A stretch of DNA of 64,000 nt from positions 3,936,001 to 4,000,000 of the forward strand of contig OZ251518.1 in the NCBI GenBank assembly GCA_965242965.1, read 5' to 3'. The notes below the pieces were generated by a model. It searched no databases. It had not been told where the DNA came from and saw only the letters and a program-made list of their open reading frames with translations. A program made the translations under genes and the position numbers. Source of the stretch: Candidatus Poribacteria bacterium. Lineage in GTDB: Bacteria; Poribacteria; WGA-4E; WGA-3G. Below, one piece after another: positions 11,401 through 19,472 of the stretch. Numbering within the stretch: position 1 is the first letter of the stretch; the number at the start of each line of letters is the position of its first letter.

Positions 11401-12563
11401 GCTCTATCGGTTATCTTCCCCTCCCCAATCCGTCTCAGTCCGTGTGCAGACCCGAGTCCACCGAAGGTGTGCTGCCCTTCTTGCACCGTCCATCGGAACG
11501 TGAGGGTATCGGTGCCGCTGCCGGAGATATATTCCGCATCTGCGAAAAAACTATCGGCCTTCATGTTCAGGGTCGGTATCCCCGTTACAACAACATCTTC
11601 ATTAAATGTCACAGAGACTTCTATCGTGTCGCCGGCGCGGTAATAGGCAGCCTCCGGGCTATTGGCCAACGTCACCGGCTTCGCACCCGTGGGAAGAGCC
11701 CAACCAAAGTCGTGCACAAGGTCACACGCTGCGGTGTAGGTATCACCGTATTTCCGGTGATCCACCAAGCACTCTTGACGCACCTTGTGATAGCGGGAAG
11801 GAGCAGGCCCTCTCGGGGCAGTGTTTATCTTAATGCTCCGAACCTCCGGAGCCGACGAAACGCTCCCATCTACTTTAGGGTAGTAAACTGTTCCCTGCCA
11901 ATTGACATTGTTGAGAGCAGGCCTATTGTCATAGCTATGCGCGACACTGCGCACACGCCCAACTCCAAAGGGAATAATCCCGCTTGCGTCGCTATCAAGC
12001 CAAGCACCGTTCCCATCTTCATCATCTTCCTGAACGGTGTAGACATAAACAGCGGTGAACTTTGCTTCGTTCGCCTGCAATGCGGCCCAGCTATTACCAC
12101 CGAGATGTTGTTCCAGAACACGATTGGGACCTATGAGCTCCCTAATACCGCGGATAGGGGTGTCACGAGAGGGGCCTTCGGTATCAAATGCAACTTTTGC
12201 CCATCCGCCGACATTGTTGACATTGTTTAACCGGATCGCAACCGCGATTTTCGTTCCTTCTCCCGCTAGGGCTGGCGTAGCACTGTTGACATCGTTGTTT
12301 GCATCTATCAACGTGCCATTTCGAGGCTCACCGTTGGCATCTATCGGGACATAATCCCTGGGGTGATCGCCCCGCCCTGGGAGATCTGGATTTGTATGCC
12401 TTCTCCACTCCGTGTCGGGGTTAAGGTAAATCCGAATCCATTCAATTGTGGGGGCTTCATGCCCCGGTGCGCCATCGGCATAGGCAACGTTCGGTGTTGC
12501 TCCGAATAGGGAAACTGTCCCTACAAGCAGCAAGAGGATTAAGCAAAAAGTGTTACGTTTCAT
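8457..12563 (-). CDS. Large secreted surface protein: Ig-like repeats, two lamin-tail domains, C-terminal Ig-like domain and putative sorting tail
   Basis: Signal peptide; VTFNEDVVVTGIPTL...YISGSGTDTLTF adhesin-type repeats; VFNEL..DWLELRN and LSEIM..QWIELYN LTD motifs; LPVELSSF...WTTESEVDNAGF; ends PVSASNRMLTTFGEVK; RBS aaaggag. Confidence 0.85.
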   Translation of the reverse strand: MKRNTFCLILLLLVGTVSLFGATPNVAYADGAPGHEAPTIEWIRIYLNPDTEWRRHTNPDLPGRGDHPRDYVPIDANGEPRNGTLIDANNDVNSATPALAGEGTKIAVAIRLNNVNNVGGWAKVAFDTEGPSRDTPIRGIRELIGPNRVLEQHLGGNSWAALQANEAKFTAVYVYTVQEDDEDGNGAWLDSDASGIIPFGVGRVRSVAHSYDNRPALNNVNWQGTVYYPKVDGSVSSAPEVRSIKINTAPRGPAPSRYHKVRQECLVDHRKYGDTYTAACDLVHDFGWALPTGAKPVTLANSPEAAYYRAGDTIEVSVTFNEDVVVTGIPTLNMKADSFFADAEYISGSGTDTLTFRWTVQEGQHTFGGLGSAHGLRRIGEGKITDRAGHEVARIPNVPNSVALGLETQFRSFFSGQMLTATSEADPWIDPPGEHHADYARGIIKYLVDTIPATVWIPGVIKNGETHREDRRIAVVNLDPTYTAIPAMTADDFRAAVTESDVQTGAFDVEFRFFNEPGAIADEVGTSFTGDDVEITGANVVRSEWEVETTYIGLDHRATNQWPPPGRSNPPGSLHSPGDAKNSASFLVYKATIAPPLGFQGDVAISVPAGATQDIAGNDSLASNTLTVPVNIPFQVVETPEIVEPAAGVYTAGEKIEVEVTYNREGLRYEGDAPPYLTLYLGEEVPANARHATWQAAADANSTKVTFAYTVAVTDVADSISVAPVGLTVPVGTRLVDAGGSQLAGTSQEEVKGSGEVPARVPARGQLPLVDTSGRQVPTVMQESPVLPVFPIFQVEEPKAAASDVPRSPVVFNELGNGSGDTDDWLELRNVTGSAVSLKDWELSIVQDGKKEDTSLIAFVEDVSVPANGLLLITNSDPTAEGNALAGGDNVATAAVETKGSSHLYLVKSELSLPDDGKFLLILRNAKDKRGLNEAFVDVAGGGGSDTDAFVREQTGDYDTHVWPLQVLQAPGGDTEDALGSGKVWQRTKADIVGYHKDAWAESAFTGIGYDRKVTESPATSGTPGYPNGAVKTEAATPKGSVTLSEIMFDSGGGTLPQWIELYNNSKTDAINLNRWRLEIQNVDSEDLVGRPIVTLTLGEKVIQPNQTLLIVAGPARASSDSYLPADRIYDLLALHEKNLRIKRARDTFLSTEGFYLQLSDRNGNLVDEVGNRDSDRRSDDAPAWALPLSFEEGSRSSVIRRYDKSVALPGQKRASWVLAARIKPFDESLHYGHAEDIGTPGHREGGALPVELSSFSMMRNEAGAVVLTWTTESEVDNAGFNLRRSEKRASGFTLLNPALIAGAGTTGERQTYTFTDTSAKPGVEYYYQIEEVAFDGKPETLVTRLLPGPVSASNRMLTTFGEVKRQE

Positions 12564-13191
12564 CGAAAACTCCTTTGAAAAATATGGGATAGACGCACTG
12601 CGGAAACGTAGCGACGCGCGGCTTTCACCGAGAAGGTGAACGCGGTCTGGGACGCAGTGCGTTGTGAAGGTATTCTGGAAGAAAATTCTGAGAAAAACAG
12701 GGTAACCGTGGGCGGGTGCCCACGGTTATCCTGCCCCTTAATACCCCTAGTGGGGAGTGAATTTTCCCCGGAACAACACTGGTAACCGTTGCATCGGACG
12801 ATGCAACGTAAAAAGCCCCGTGGCAGGCGCGGACTCGCGTAGGCGAGCGCGTGCCACGAGGCAAAACAAAATAGGCGCGTGCAAAGCACGCGGGTTTTGG
12901 GTTGGGATGCAGATGAGATATTACCCCAGATCGCCTTCTTGCCGAGAACGTCAGAGGTTAACGGATATTTAGGACGGGGGGGGTAAATCGAATTATGTTC
13001 AGTGCGGTGTCATCAACAGGACGCGCAAATGGAGACACGGCGCGCAGCCGGGGTGGCTGGCACGTCGTTGCAATCGCGTTATTCGGGCGGATGTGGGTAT
13101 CCGCAATGAGAAAAACGGGTTGAGGGTTCACGTTTGGCATCCTTTGTTTCGTTTTCGCACTAAACATGGCAATTTTTACTATATAGTATAT

Positions 13192-13220
13192 AGTATACCA
13201 CATTTTTGCGCGTTTGTCAA
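13192..13220 (-). promoter_or_regulatory. sigma70-type promoter upstream of the 1368-aa gene
   Basis: TTGACA-17 nt-TATACT with extended -10 TG, on the minus strand. Confidence 0.7.
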
Positions 13221-13305
13221 ATTAAAATGTGATTTTAACAGATTTTTGCGTTTTTTTTCAAGATTTTTTGTGAAAAAAACGTTACGCGAAAAAAACCTCG
13301 TCCTC

Positions 13306-13905
13306 ACCGTAGCGCGAGGGCCTGTCCCTCGCGATCGCTCGCTCACCGGAGCGTTTTCTCGATTCCCGGAGCGCGAGGGCCTGTCCCCCGCGAACGTTCG
13401 ATTATCCCGGGCACGGCGGGGGACAGGCCCCCGCCCTACGATAAGAGGGAGGCTGCTTCAATACCGTAGCGCGAGGGCCTGTCCCTCGCGATCGCTCGCT
13501 CACCGGAGCGTTCTCCCGATTCCCGGAGCGCGAGGGCCTGTCCCTCGCGAACGTTCGATTATCCCGGGCACGGCGGGGGACAGGCCCCCGCCCTACGATA
13601 AGAGGGAGGCTGCTTCGATTCCCGTAGCGCGAGGGCCTGTCCCTCGCGTGCTCTCACTCACCGGAGCGTTTTCCCGATTCCCGGAGCGCGAGGGCCTGTC
13701 CCGCGCGAACGTTCGATTATCCCGGGCACGGCGGGGGACAGGCCCCCGCCCTACGATAAGAGGGAGGCTGCTCCGAATTACCGTAGCGCGAGGGCCTGTC
13801 CCTCGCGATCGCTCGATCACCGTAGCGTTTTCCCGACAACCGGAGCGCGAGGGCCTGTCCCTCGCGATCTTTCGATTACCGTAGCGCGCGGTTTGTCCCG
13901 CGCGA
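13306..13905. repeat. BIME-like tandem array of ~158-bp REP units (3 full + 1 partial)
   Basis: ccgtagcgcgaggg unit starts at 13307, 13464, 13622 and 13781. Confidence 0.9.
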
Positions 13906-13981
13906 TGCCCCTATCTGCTCTAGACTTCTTTTTCGGAAATATGCTATCATATATCCTAATGACAACGGAGAAAAAAACACT

Positions 13982-15178
13982 ATGCGCATTCTTTGTGCGA
14001 ACGTAGGGAGCACCTCGTTCAAATACCAAATCATCAATATGACAACAGAAACCTCCCTCGTGAAGGGAGGCGTGGAACGCATTGGGAATTCGCCCTCGGC
14101 GTTTACGCACGCCGTGCCGGGGAAACCGTCGCGCGCAGGTGAAATTGACGCGCCGACGCATACCGATGCCATCGCTCACGCTATGAACCTCATCACCGAT
14201 GCGGAAGTCGGCTGCCTGGCAGACTTGGGGGAATTGGACGGTGTCGGATTCAAAACGATTCTGGCGCAAGGCTATTGGCGTTCTGCGCGGATTACGGAAG
14301 CTGTCATCGCCGCACTTGATGCCGCCACGCCGCTCGCGCCGATGCACAACCCCGCCTATATCGCCTCGATTCGCGCCTTTCAGGAGCTGCTTCCGGCGAT
14401 GCCGCTTGTCGCCGTTTTTGAGACATGGTTCCATCAGAATCTCCCGGATTACGCCGCCGAATTCGGTGTGCCACGTTTTTGGGTGGAACAGCACGATGTC
14501 CGCCGATACGGTTACCACGGTGCGTCGCATCGCTATATTTCGGAACGCGTGCCGGAAATGGCGATGCAATCGGGAGGGCGTGCCAACAAGATTATCTCCT
14601 GTCACCTCGGTGGAAGTTCCTCTCTCTGTGCGATTAAAAACGGGAAATCCATTGATACCTCCATGGGCACTTCCACGCAATACGGGATGATTCAGTCCAC
14701 TCGGTGCGGCGAGTTGGACGCGTTCGCTGTGTTATATCTGATGGACAAAGAGGGGTTTTCTACCGATGAAATTCGTCGGCAGTTGATTGAGGAGTCGGGG
14801 ATGAAAGGTATCTCCGGCACCAGCGGCGATATGCGTGATGTGGCGGCGGCAATGCAGGCGGGCAACGACAATGCCCGGCTGGCACTAGAAACCTACGTCT
14901 ACGGCGTGAAAAAATATATCGGCGCGTATATCGCCGCGCTCGGCGGCGTAGATGTCCTCGCTTTTGCGGGCGGCATCGGGGAGAAGAGTGCGACAACGCG
15001 CGCGCAAATCTGCGATGGTTTGGAATGGTTCGGGATTCAGTTGGACTCAGAAAAAAACCGGCAGGCGACGAGTGAATCGGATATTTCCGCGCGGGATAGC
15101 CGCGCCAAGATTCTCGTTGTCTCTACGAATGAGGAGATTATCGTCGCGCGGGAGACAGCGCGCGTGCTTTCGGCGTGA
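13982..15178 (+). CDS. ackA: Acetate/propionate kinase family
   Basis: NVGSTSFKY, APMHNP, RYGYHGASH, CHLGGSSS, TSMG, TRCG, GGIGE, TNEE. Confidence 0.88.
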   Translation: MRILCANVGSTSFKYQIINMTTETSLVKGGVERIGNSPSAFTHAVPGKPSRAGEIDAPTHTDAIAHAMNLITDAEVGCLADLGELDGVGFKTILAQGYWRSARITEAVIAALDAATPLAPMHNPAYIASIRAFQELLPAMPLVAVFETWFHQNLPDYAAEFGVPRFWVEQHDVRRYGYHGASHRYISERVPEMAMQSGGRANKIISCHLGGSSSLCAIKNGKSIDTSMGTSTQYGMIQSTRCGELDAFAVLYLMDKEGFSTDEIRRQLIEESGMKGISGTSGDMRDVAAAMQAGNDNARLALETYVYGVKKYIGAYIAALGGVDVLAFAGGIGEKSATTRAQICDGLEWFGIQLDSEKNRQATSESDISARDSRAKILVVSTNEEIIVARETARVLSA

Positions 15179-15191
15179 CATCCCTGTGGCT

Positions 15192-15983
15192 TCACATCAA
15201 ATACTCGCGCTCGCGGAAAATGCGGATGGCCAGCCATAGCAAAACGGCTGTCAACACGCAGACAACAGCGAACGCTACCCACACCGATGGCGGTTCACTC
15301 CCACGCAAAGCAAGGATATCCGAGGACAGTTTGTAATCAGGATAGAGCGTCAGGAGGTAATGCGATATGGAGAGGCGTTTGATGCCCATTGACATCATAG
15401 GCTGAACCGTCAGATTCTCCCATCCCAAAACGAATAGCAATCCCCACAGCACCGGGTTTTTAAACCGTACCGCCAAGACTACGGCGAGGGCACCGTAGGC
15501 GAGCAAGCCTAACCCCAGCGCAGCAGAATAGCGGAAACTCATGCCGAGGTGGAAAAAGATACCGTTCTGTAGTTTTGAATGCGTTGCGACAATCCCTGTC
15601 AGCAGCAGATGCGATACAACGACGAGCGCGACGGTGCCGACGAGATAGGCGGCGAACTTGCTCAGCAGCAGTGCCGATTTGCGGAGCGGCCGCATTTGGA
15701 GATAGGTGAGCCCCTTTCCCTCAATTTCATCGGAGATAATCGCCGTGCCGTAGAAAATCGCGCAGAGATTGGTGAGCAAGCCGTATAACGCGAGCGTCAT
15801 CTCTGGAATGAAGCGGTTGACGCTGCCCGCGCCGCGCGCCATAAATCGGAACAGGAGCGCGATGACAAGCGTCAGCAGGCACCCGAGCAGAATCAGAATC
15901 GTGCGACGACTCCAGAACATCTGCCGGAGCGTCACCTTAAACAGCGCGATATAGGCAGGAAATGAATGTGTGTTGATAGTCAC
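15192..15983 (-). CDS. ABC-2 type transporter permease
   Basis: About 6 TM helices; ISDEIEGKGLTYLQMRPLRK motif; ends IFREREY. Confidence 0.82.
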   Translation of the reverse strand: MTINTHSFPAYIALFKVTLRQMFWSRRTILILLGCLLTLVIALLFRFMARGAGSVNRFIPEMTLALYGLLTNLCAIFYGTAIISDEIEGKGLTYLQMRPLRKSALLLSKFAAYLVGTVALVVVSHLLLTGIVATHSKLQNGIFFHLGMSFRYSAALGLGLLAYGALAVVLAVRFKNPVLWGLLFVLGWENLTVQPMMSMGIKRLSISHYLLTLYPDYKLSSDILALRGSEPPSVWVAFAVVCVLTAVLLWLAIRIFREREYLM

Positions 15984-16056
15984 CTATGATTTTCCTTAAT
16001 TCTCCGCGGGTAGACGCTGTTGAAAATCGCGCATACCGGGGTTGTTCTACGTAAGT

Positions 16057-16411
16057 GAGGGGATTTCATAACTCGTTGTTGTCAAAATAGACACTCCGAA
16101 CGATTCCGTTTCCCCCGTAGGAGAGACCTCCCGGTCTCGATATCGTCCGCGCACTCCAACGATCGCGGGGGACAGGCCCCCGCGCTACGATAAAAAACGC
16201 CCCCTCACCGTAGGGCGAGGGCCTGTCCCTCGCCATCGCTCGCGCACGCGCAATCCAACGATCGCGGGGGAAACCCGCTCGGATGCGCGTATGGAAACCT
16301 CCGAGGGCCCCCGCGCTACGGGAACATCGAGACCAGGAGGGTTCTCCTACCGAGTTCATTGAGACCAGGAGGGCTCTCCTACGGTATTGCATCGAAATAT
16401 GAAACACCCTC
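16057..16411. mobile_element. MITE-like element: 14-bp TIRs and 8-bp target-site duplication enclosing REP palindromes
   Basis: Left GAGGGGATTTCATA, right TATGAAACACCCTC (12/14 inverted match); ACGTAAGT directly flanks both ends (16049-16056, 16412-16419). Confidence 0.75.
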
Positions 16412-16471
16412 ACGTAAGTCCTATATCCTAATTGTAGCATGCAATTGCAGATTTCGCAAGTTTTTTTAAAT

Positions 16472-16500
16472 TTGCATCTTTTTGTGAATTTTGCTATAAT
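16472..16500 (+). promoter_or_regulatory. sigma70-type promoter
   Basis: TTGCAT-17 nt-TATAAT with extended TG. Confidence 0.6.
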
Positions 16501-16610
16501 AATTCTTAACCTACAAAAAAATTGACAGAGCAATTCAGTTCACCGAAATTGATGCCTTCGCTAGAACTGAAAACGAAATGGCTCTGTAACATTGACAAGG
16601 AGGTTTGCTT

Positions 16611-17312
16611 ATGCGAACTATCGTTTTATTGGCAATTTTTTGCCTCACCGTCTCGCCGGTGTTCGCCCAGAAATACATCAGTTGGGAAGCGGAGAACTTT
16701 GATGCCTCAAACGGTGACAAATTTGAGGTATTCGATGCACCGTCAGACCAGGTGGGTAACGCCGACGAAGGCGTTGATGACTACACCGTCGCCGAAGCAT
16801 CCGGCGGGGCTTTCATCGGTTCGGTTAACGGCATCGGTAACGATGGAGATGCCTGGGTGAAATATGAATTCTCGGTGGAAGCCGACGATTGGCACTTCTG
16901 GGGGCGCGTCATTGCTCCCTCCGTCGCCGATAATTCCATGTATTGGGCGTTTGACATCGCCGATGGCGACGCTGTCTCAAACAACAACGCCACCATGAAT
17001 ATCTGGGATTTCTATGAACAAGAGGCACTCCGGGTGAACTATACCACCGAGTGGGTTTGGTTCCGGCTGAACACACGCGATGGGCCGTTTGAAGGCACGG
17101 AGCTCATCCAACACGGCGATGACCCGGTCCCGGTGGAATTAGCGGATGGCGAGCATACGTTGCATATCGTCCACCGCGAAGACGGCACCTACATCGACAA
17201 AATTTTCGCCACGACAGATGTTGCGTTCGATCCGAATGAAACAGACCCGCAGACCCCGGTTGAGCCGCAGAATAAGTTGGCAACGACATGGGGCGCGCTC
17301 AAGGCGAGATAA
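16611..17312 (+). CDS. Secreted acidic beta-sandwich (carbohydrate-binding-like) protein with Poribacteria-type C-terminal tail
   Basis: RBS aaggagg; signal peptide; WEAENF...HTLHIVHREDGTYIDKIF; ends PVEPQNKLATTWGALKAR. Confidence 0.8.
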   Translation: MRTIVLLAIFCLTVSPVFAQKYISWEAENFDASNGDKFEVFDAPSDQVGNADEGVDDYTVAEASGGAFIGSVNGIGNDGDAWVKYEFSVEADDWHFWGRVIAPSVADNSMYWAFDIADGDAVSNNNATMNIWDFYEQEALRVNYTTEWVWFRLNTRDGPFEGTELIQHGDDPVPVELADGEHTLHIVHREDGTYIDKIFATTDVAFDPNETDPQTPVEPQNKLATTWGALKAR

Positions 17313-17332
17313 CCCATTTTCCCTCGCTGCTG

Positions 17333-17480
17333 GTAGGGTGGGAGCCTCGGCTCCTATCCGCCGGCGTGCGAGAATTTCAAGGTCGGCGATAACAAGCGTA
17401 GGAAGGCATTGGGCCCACCTCTGTAGTTCGGGATCGCCTGATCCCGAACAGGTCAGGATCAGGCGATCCTGACCTACAGG
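17333..17480. repeat. REP singlet plus REPIN-like inverted doublet
   Basis: GTAG-GGTGGGAGC-ctcg-GCTCCTATCC; CTGTAGTTCGGGATC-gcct-GATCCCGAA...GTCAGGATC-aggc-GATCCTGACCTACAG. Confidence 0.8.
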
Positions 17481-17512
17481 GGTGATGCAGTCTGCTAAAG
17501 GCGGATATCTCC

Positions 17513-17776
17513 ATGGCATGCGAAATCGCCAAACAAAAAATCTACGATACGCTCAAAAACGGATACTTCACCGACGAAAAAGATTACGTTGATATCTCCA
17601 ACGGTTCTGGGGATGACATCCACATTGTCATCGTCAGTCGGAAATTTGAAGGGCACACGATGTGCGATAGGGTAGATGTTATCTGGAACGAGTTAGGTAA
17701 ACATCTTACCCAAAAGGAGTGGGGCAACGTATTCCTCTCCATCGGCATGCTCCCTGAAGATGTCAGAGTCTTGTAA
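17513..17776 (+). CDS. BolA-like small protein, copy 1
   Basis: HIVIVSRKFEG...DRVDVIW...LSIGMLPED resembles BolA HFxVxIVSxxFEG..R...LSI...PEE. Confidence 0.6.
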   Translation: MACEIAKQKIYDTLKNGYFTDEKDYVDISNGSGDDIHIVIVSRKFEGHTMCDRVDVIWNELGKHLTQKEWGNVFLSIGMLPEDVRVL

Positions 17777-17790
17777 GGAGAATCGCTATA

Positions 17791-17880
17791 GTGCGCACAA
17801 CCTCAACTCTCCGCGTCGCTTTTTATGGCTGCGGCACCTTCGCAAACAAAACCCGCATCCCGAACCTGAGGCAACTCGGT
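17791..17880 (+). pseudogene. Duplicated 5' fragment (~30 codons) of the downstream Gfo/Idh/MocA gene
   Basis: Near-identical to 18176-18265 (385-bp offset). Confidence 0.85.
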
Positions 17881-17897
17881 CAGTCGGAGAATTCATC

Positions 17898-18161
17898 ATG
17901 GCGGATGAAACGGTAATGCAGCGCATTTACGATGCGCTCAAAAACGGATACTTCACCGACGAAAAAGATTACGTTGATGTCTCCAACGGTTCTGGCGACG
18001 ATGTTGAAATCGTTGTTGTCAGTCGAAAATTCAAGGACTACAATCGGTGGAGAAGGGTAGATATTATCTGGAAGGAATTGGAAAAACATCTCCCTCAAGG
18101 AGAGGCAGACCGCGTCTTCCTCTCCATCGGCATGCTCCCTGAAGATGTCAGAATCTTGTAA
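17898..18161 (+). CDS. BolA-like small protein, copy 2
   Basis: RBS ggaga; 87 aa, paralogue of 17513..17776. Confidence 0.6.
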   Translation: MADETVMQRIYDALKNGYFTDEKDYVDVSNGSGDDVEIVVVSRKFKDYNRWRRVDIIWKELEKHLPQGEADRVFLSIGMLPEDVRIL

Positions 18162-18175
18162 GGAGAATCGCTATA

Positions 18176-19198
18176 GTGTGCACAACCTCAACTCTCCGCG
18201 TCGCTTTTTATGGCTGCGGCACCTTCGCAAACAAAACTCGCATCCCGAACCTGATGCAACTCGGTTCGGTTGACATCGTCGCCGCGTGCGATAATAATCC
18301 CCAGGCGGCACAGGAGACAGCGGCGCGCTTCGGCATCCCGCGCGTTTACCACAGCGAAAACGGCGGCGCATACGAAATGCTTGACACCGAAGCCATCGAC
18401 GTGTTATACTCTATTGTGCCGGCTTACGCGCGCGCCGATGTCGAAGTCATCGCCGCTGAAAAGGGCATTCACCTCTTCAGCGAGAAGCCGCAGGCACTCA
18501 CGATGGAAGTTGCCCGGCGCATTGATAACGCCATTCAAAACGCCGGGGTCCTCGGCACTGTCGGGTTTCGCGAGCGGTATCGGCCGATTTTTCAAGAGGC
18601 GCGCCGACTTTTGGAAAACAAGCGTATCGTGCATATCCGCTTCCAGAGTTTCGGCGGACTCCCACCAACGAAGAGCGGCAAACCGGAAACGTGGTGGGCT
18701 GAAATGGATAAATCCGGGGGGCGCGCCCTTGACTGGGGTGTGCATGCGACAGATTACAGCCGCTTTATGACAGGCTTGAACGTCGCGCAAGCGCAAGCCT
18801 TCTATTGCGAACGCGAAACCTACGCGACCGCGCTGTCCTCAAGTTTTAACTATCGTTTTGATAACGGCGCGACGATGACGCTCAGTTTTGTCGCCGCCGG
18901 CCCGAACCCGAACAGAAACCCGTGGTTCACGCTCTTCTATGAAGGCGGATACCTCGCAATTTTCGGGTATGAGCGCATTGAAGTAAACGGCGAAGTTGTC
19001 TATCAGGCTAACGAGTTTGACCCGTGGCTGGAGCAAGACAGCGTTTTTATCCGCGCTGTCCAGACTGGCGATGCCAGCCTTCTCCGTAACGATTACCACG
19101 ATGGGCTCTTCTCTTTAGCCCCCGTTTTGGCTGGATGGCACGCCGCTCGCCGAAATGGGGAATGTGTTGATGTTGCAGCCTTTATGGCTGAGAAATAA
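18176..19198 (+). CDS. Gfo/Idh/MocA family oxidoreductase
   Basis: VAFYGCGTFA Rossmann fold; HLFSEKP; SGGRALDWGVHATD. Confidence 0.9.
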   Translation: MCTTSTLRVAFYGCGTFANKTRIPNLMQLGSVDIVAACDNNPQAAQETAARFGIPRVYHSENGGAYEMLDTEAIDVLYSIVPAYARADVEVIAAEKGIHLFSEKPQALTMEVARRIDNAIQNAGVLGTVGFRERYRPIFQEARRLLENKRIVHIRFQSFGGLPPTKSGKPETWWAEMDKSGGRALDWGVHATDYSRFMTGLNVAQAQAFYCERETYATALSSSFNYRFDNGATMTLSFVAAGPNPNRNPWFTLFYEGGYLAIFGYERIEVNGEVVYQANEFDPWLEQDSVFIRAVQTGDASLLRNDYHDGLFSLAPVLAGWHAARRNGECVDVAAFMAEK

Positions 19199-19220
19199 TT
19201 TTCCAAGGAGAATATAGAAA

Positions 19221-19436
19221 ATGGATGCAAAACTGAAAAAAATCCAGATCACGCCGATGAAATTTGATAAAGATGGCGAGGTGCAGAAGGAAGAATTCGC
19301 GACGCTCACCATTGAAGTCCCGATGGATAGCACCGGGCAGCGCGCCGCAATTATGCACCTCTGCGAACTCCTTGACCAGGAGTGGATTGTCGTTGAAGTT
19401 GAGGGCAAAAAAGTGGTGGCGGTTAATACCGCCTGA
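19221..19436 (+). CDS. Hypothetical small protein (71 aa)
   Basis: RBS aaggag; fills the gap in an operon; protein-like composition. Confidence 0.7.
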   Translation: MDAKLKKIQITPMKFDKDGEVQKEEFATLTIEVPMDSTGQRAAIMHLCELLDQEWIVVEVEGKKVVAVNTA

Positions 19437-19472
19437 GGAGAAGCGCGAGGGGTGCTGAACCCGTAAGAATAA

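Noticed and set aside
12564-13190. Known riboswitch (c-di-GMP, cobalamin, TPP, T-box) in the long leader
   Set aside because: No diagnostic conserved motifs were recognised by eye on either strand; kept only as an unknown structured region.
13093-13884. 263-aa ORF and similar ORFs reading VARGPVPR / RGTGPRAT (e.g. 3851-4129, 35489-36040, 50834-51271, 58316-58875, 61762-62327)
   Set aside because: These are translations of GC-rich REP palindromes, with no RBS or domain signature.
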